Positions 6,917 to 8,021 of a stretch of DNA of 8,021 nt are shown piece by piece. Within the stretch, counting starts at the first letter, position 1. Each line of letters begins with the position of its first letter. The notes under the pieces were generated by a model, which saw only the letters and a list, made by a program, of their open reading frames with translations, was not told the origin of the DNA and did not search any database. The translations under genes were made by a program, and so were the position numbers. Source of the stretch: Octopus sinensis (taxonomy: Eukaryota); NCBI RefSeq assembly GCF_006345805.1, contig NW_021828635.1:1-8021 (forward strand), written 5' to 3'.

Positions 6917-7177
6917 AACATAGGGATTGGAAGAAATTTAGGAAAAAAATAAGTGGAGAGCGCAAATGTCAACTCGAACATGCTACAAACAACAGGTAAA
7001 GGAGAGTATTTCTGGGAAAACTTCCTTTTAAGTATATATCGAATGTCAGGTTTTTAAATACGCTCATCACAAACACAAATTACAGAATAGAAAAAGGTCA
7101 TTTCAATTGGATTTAAGGTGTGATTTTGCGCCTACACACAGCAAGAAATAACATGATTCGTACAGACATCTCACCTA

Positions 7178-7190
7178 GTGTGTGTGTGTG

Positions 7191-7236
<46 letters not shown>

Positions 7237-7243
7237 TGCGTGC
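7178..7243. repeat. (GT)n microsatellite
   Basis: Direct reading. Confidence 0.97.
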
Positions 7244-7368
7244 GCCAAAAGGAGTTATTTTATAGCATTCTTTCGTTTGAAGCGGCAAAGTTATCAACTC
7301 GATCACATGGTCGATCATATGGGATCACATTGACTGTTCGTTAATTTCCGTAATTTAAAATTTTTTAT

Positions 7369-7470
7369 GCTTTGAAGAGAGCGAAAATTGAAAGAGAGGA
7401 GAAAGTGAAAATGTGAATTTGCTTTGAAGTGAGAGCAGAAAGTGAAGGAGAGGAGAAAGTGAAATATGTA
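7369..7470. repeat. Degenerate ~52-bp purine-rich tandem duplication
   Basis: GCTTTGAAG..GAGAGC..GAGAGGAGAAAGTGAAA occurs at 7369 and again at 7421. Confidence 0.8.
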
Positions 7471-7740
7471 TGTACGTATATATGAAATGGACGCACGCGT
7501 GTGTGTGGGGGGTGTATGTGTTGTGTGTATGAGAGAGAGAGAGGAAAGAGTGTGTGAGTGAATATGTGTGTTGTCGTGTATATATTTTTTGCATGTATGT
7601 GTGACACTCAGTCGTTCTCTGTCCCTCTCTCTTTCACACCCATTATATTCCATATACACGTACATAAATACATATGCATGCATCGTTTTTGTATGTATGT
7701 GTGCGTGTGCATGTGAGAGAGAGAGAGAGAGAGAGTGAGT
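7470..7740. repeat. Mixed degenerate TG/GA/TA microsatellite tract
   Basis: Direct reading. Confidence 0.85.
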
Positions 7741-8021
7741 GACTGTATTTCGTCATAACATACTGACAAATGGGTGTCTATGAAATGTTTATGGTTGTGG
7801 CTTATTTTACACAATATTTATGTGTACAATTTCATAAATGTTTGTCTGAGTAGAATTTTACGCATGCGTGAAACATCGGGCGTAAGTGAAACATTGGAAG
7901 CAAATCGAAATATTGCCCGAAAATGACCTCAAAATTGTGCTACCCGACCACGATTCTGAAGTTATTTTAGTAGTAAAAAAGAGTTGCGTCAAAACATAGT
8001 TTATTTGGTAAATAGATTATA

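Noticed and set aside
7860-7925. CpG-containing patch with ACGCATGCGT palindrome and two GTGAAACAT copies as a promoter
   Set aside because: Only short motif matches with no downstream gene evidence in the window; not supportable.

Overview
Repeat-rich eukaryotic (animal) non-coding DNA, intronic or intergenic. No host protein-coding gene, rRNA, true tRNA or CRISPR array is supported, and most listed ORFs are microsatellite or antisense artefacts. The two tRNA-derived SINEs and the maT-type transposon resemble families I recall from Octopus genomes; this is pattern recognition, not a database result. From left to right the window holds: a dead mariner transposase (minus strand) split by a younger 5'-truncated CR1-clade LINE; a 1.43-kb segment bounded by an exact 33-bp direct repeat, containing a pre-miRNA-like hairpin and a ~730-bp CT tract; a tRNA-derived SINE; a 234-bp fold-back element; a second SINE; a 377-bp TA-flanked MITE with a CTCF-like motif; an internally deleted DD37D (maT) transposon; and a ~665-bp degenerate long inverted repeat with a recurring ~20-bp motif. 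I see no convincing new multi-gene system. The best leads are the 33-bp-bounded segment, its hairpin, the long inverted repeat and the motif-bearing MITEs.
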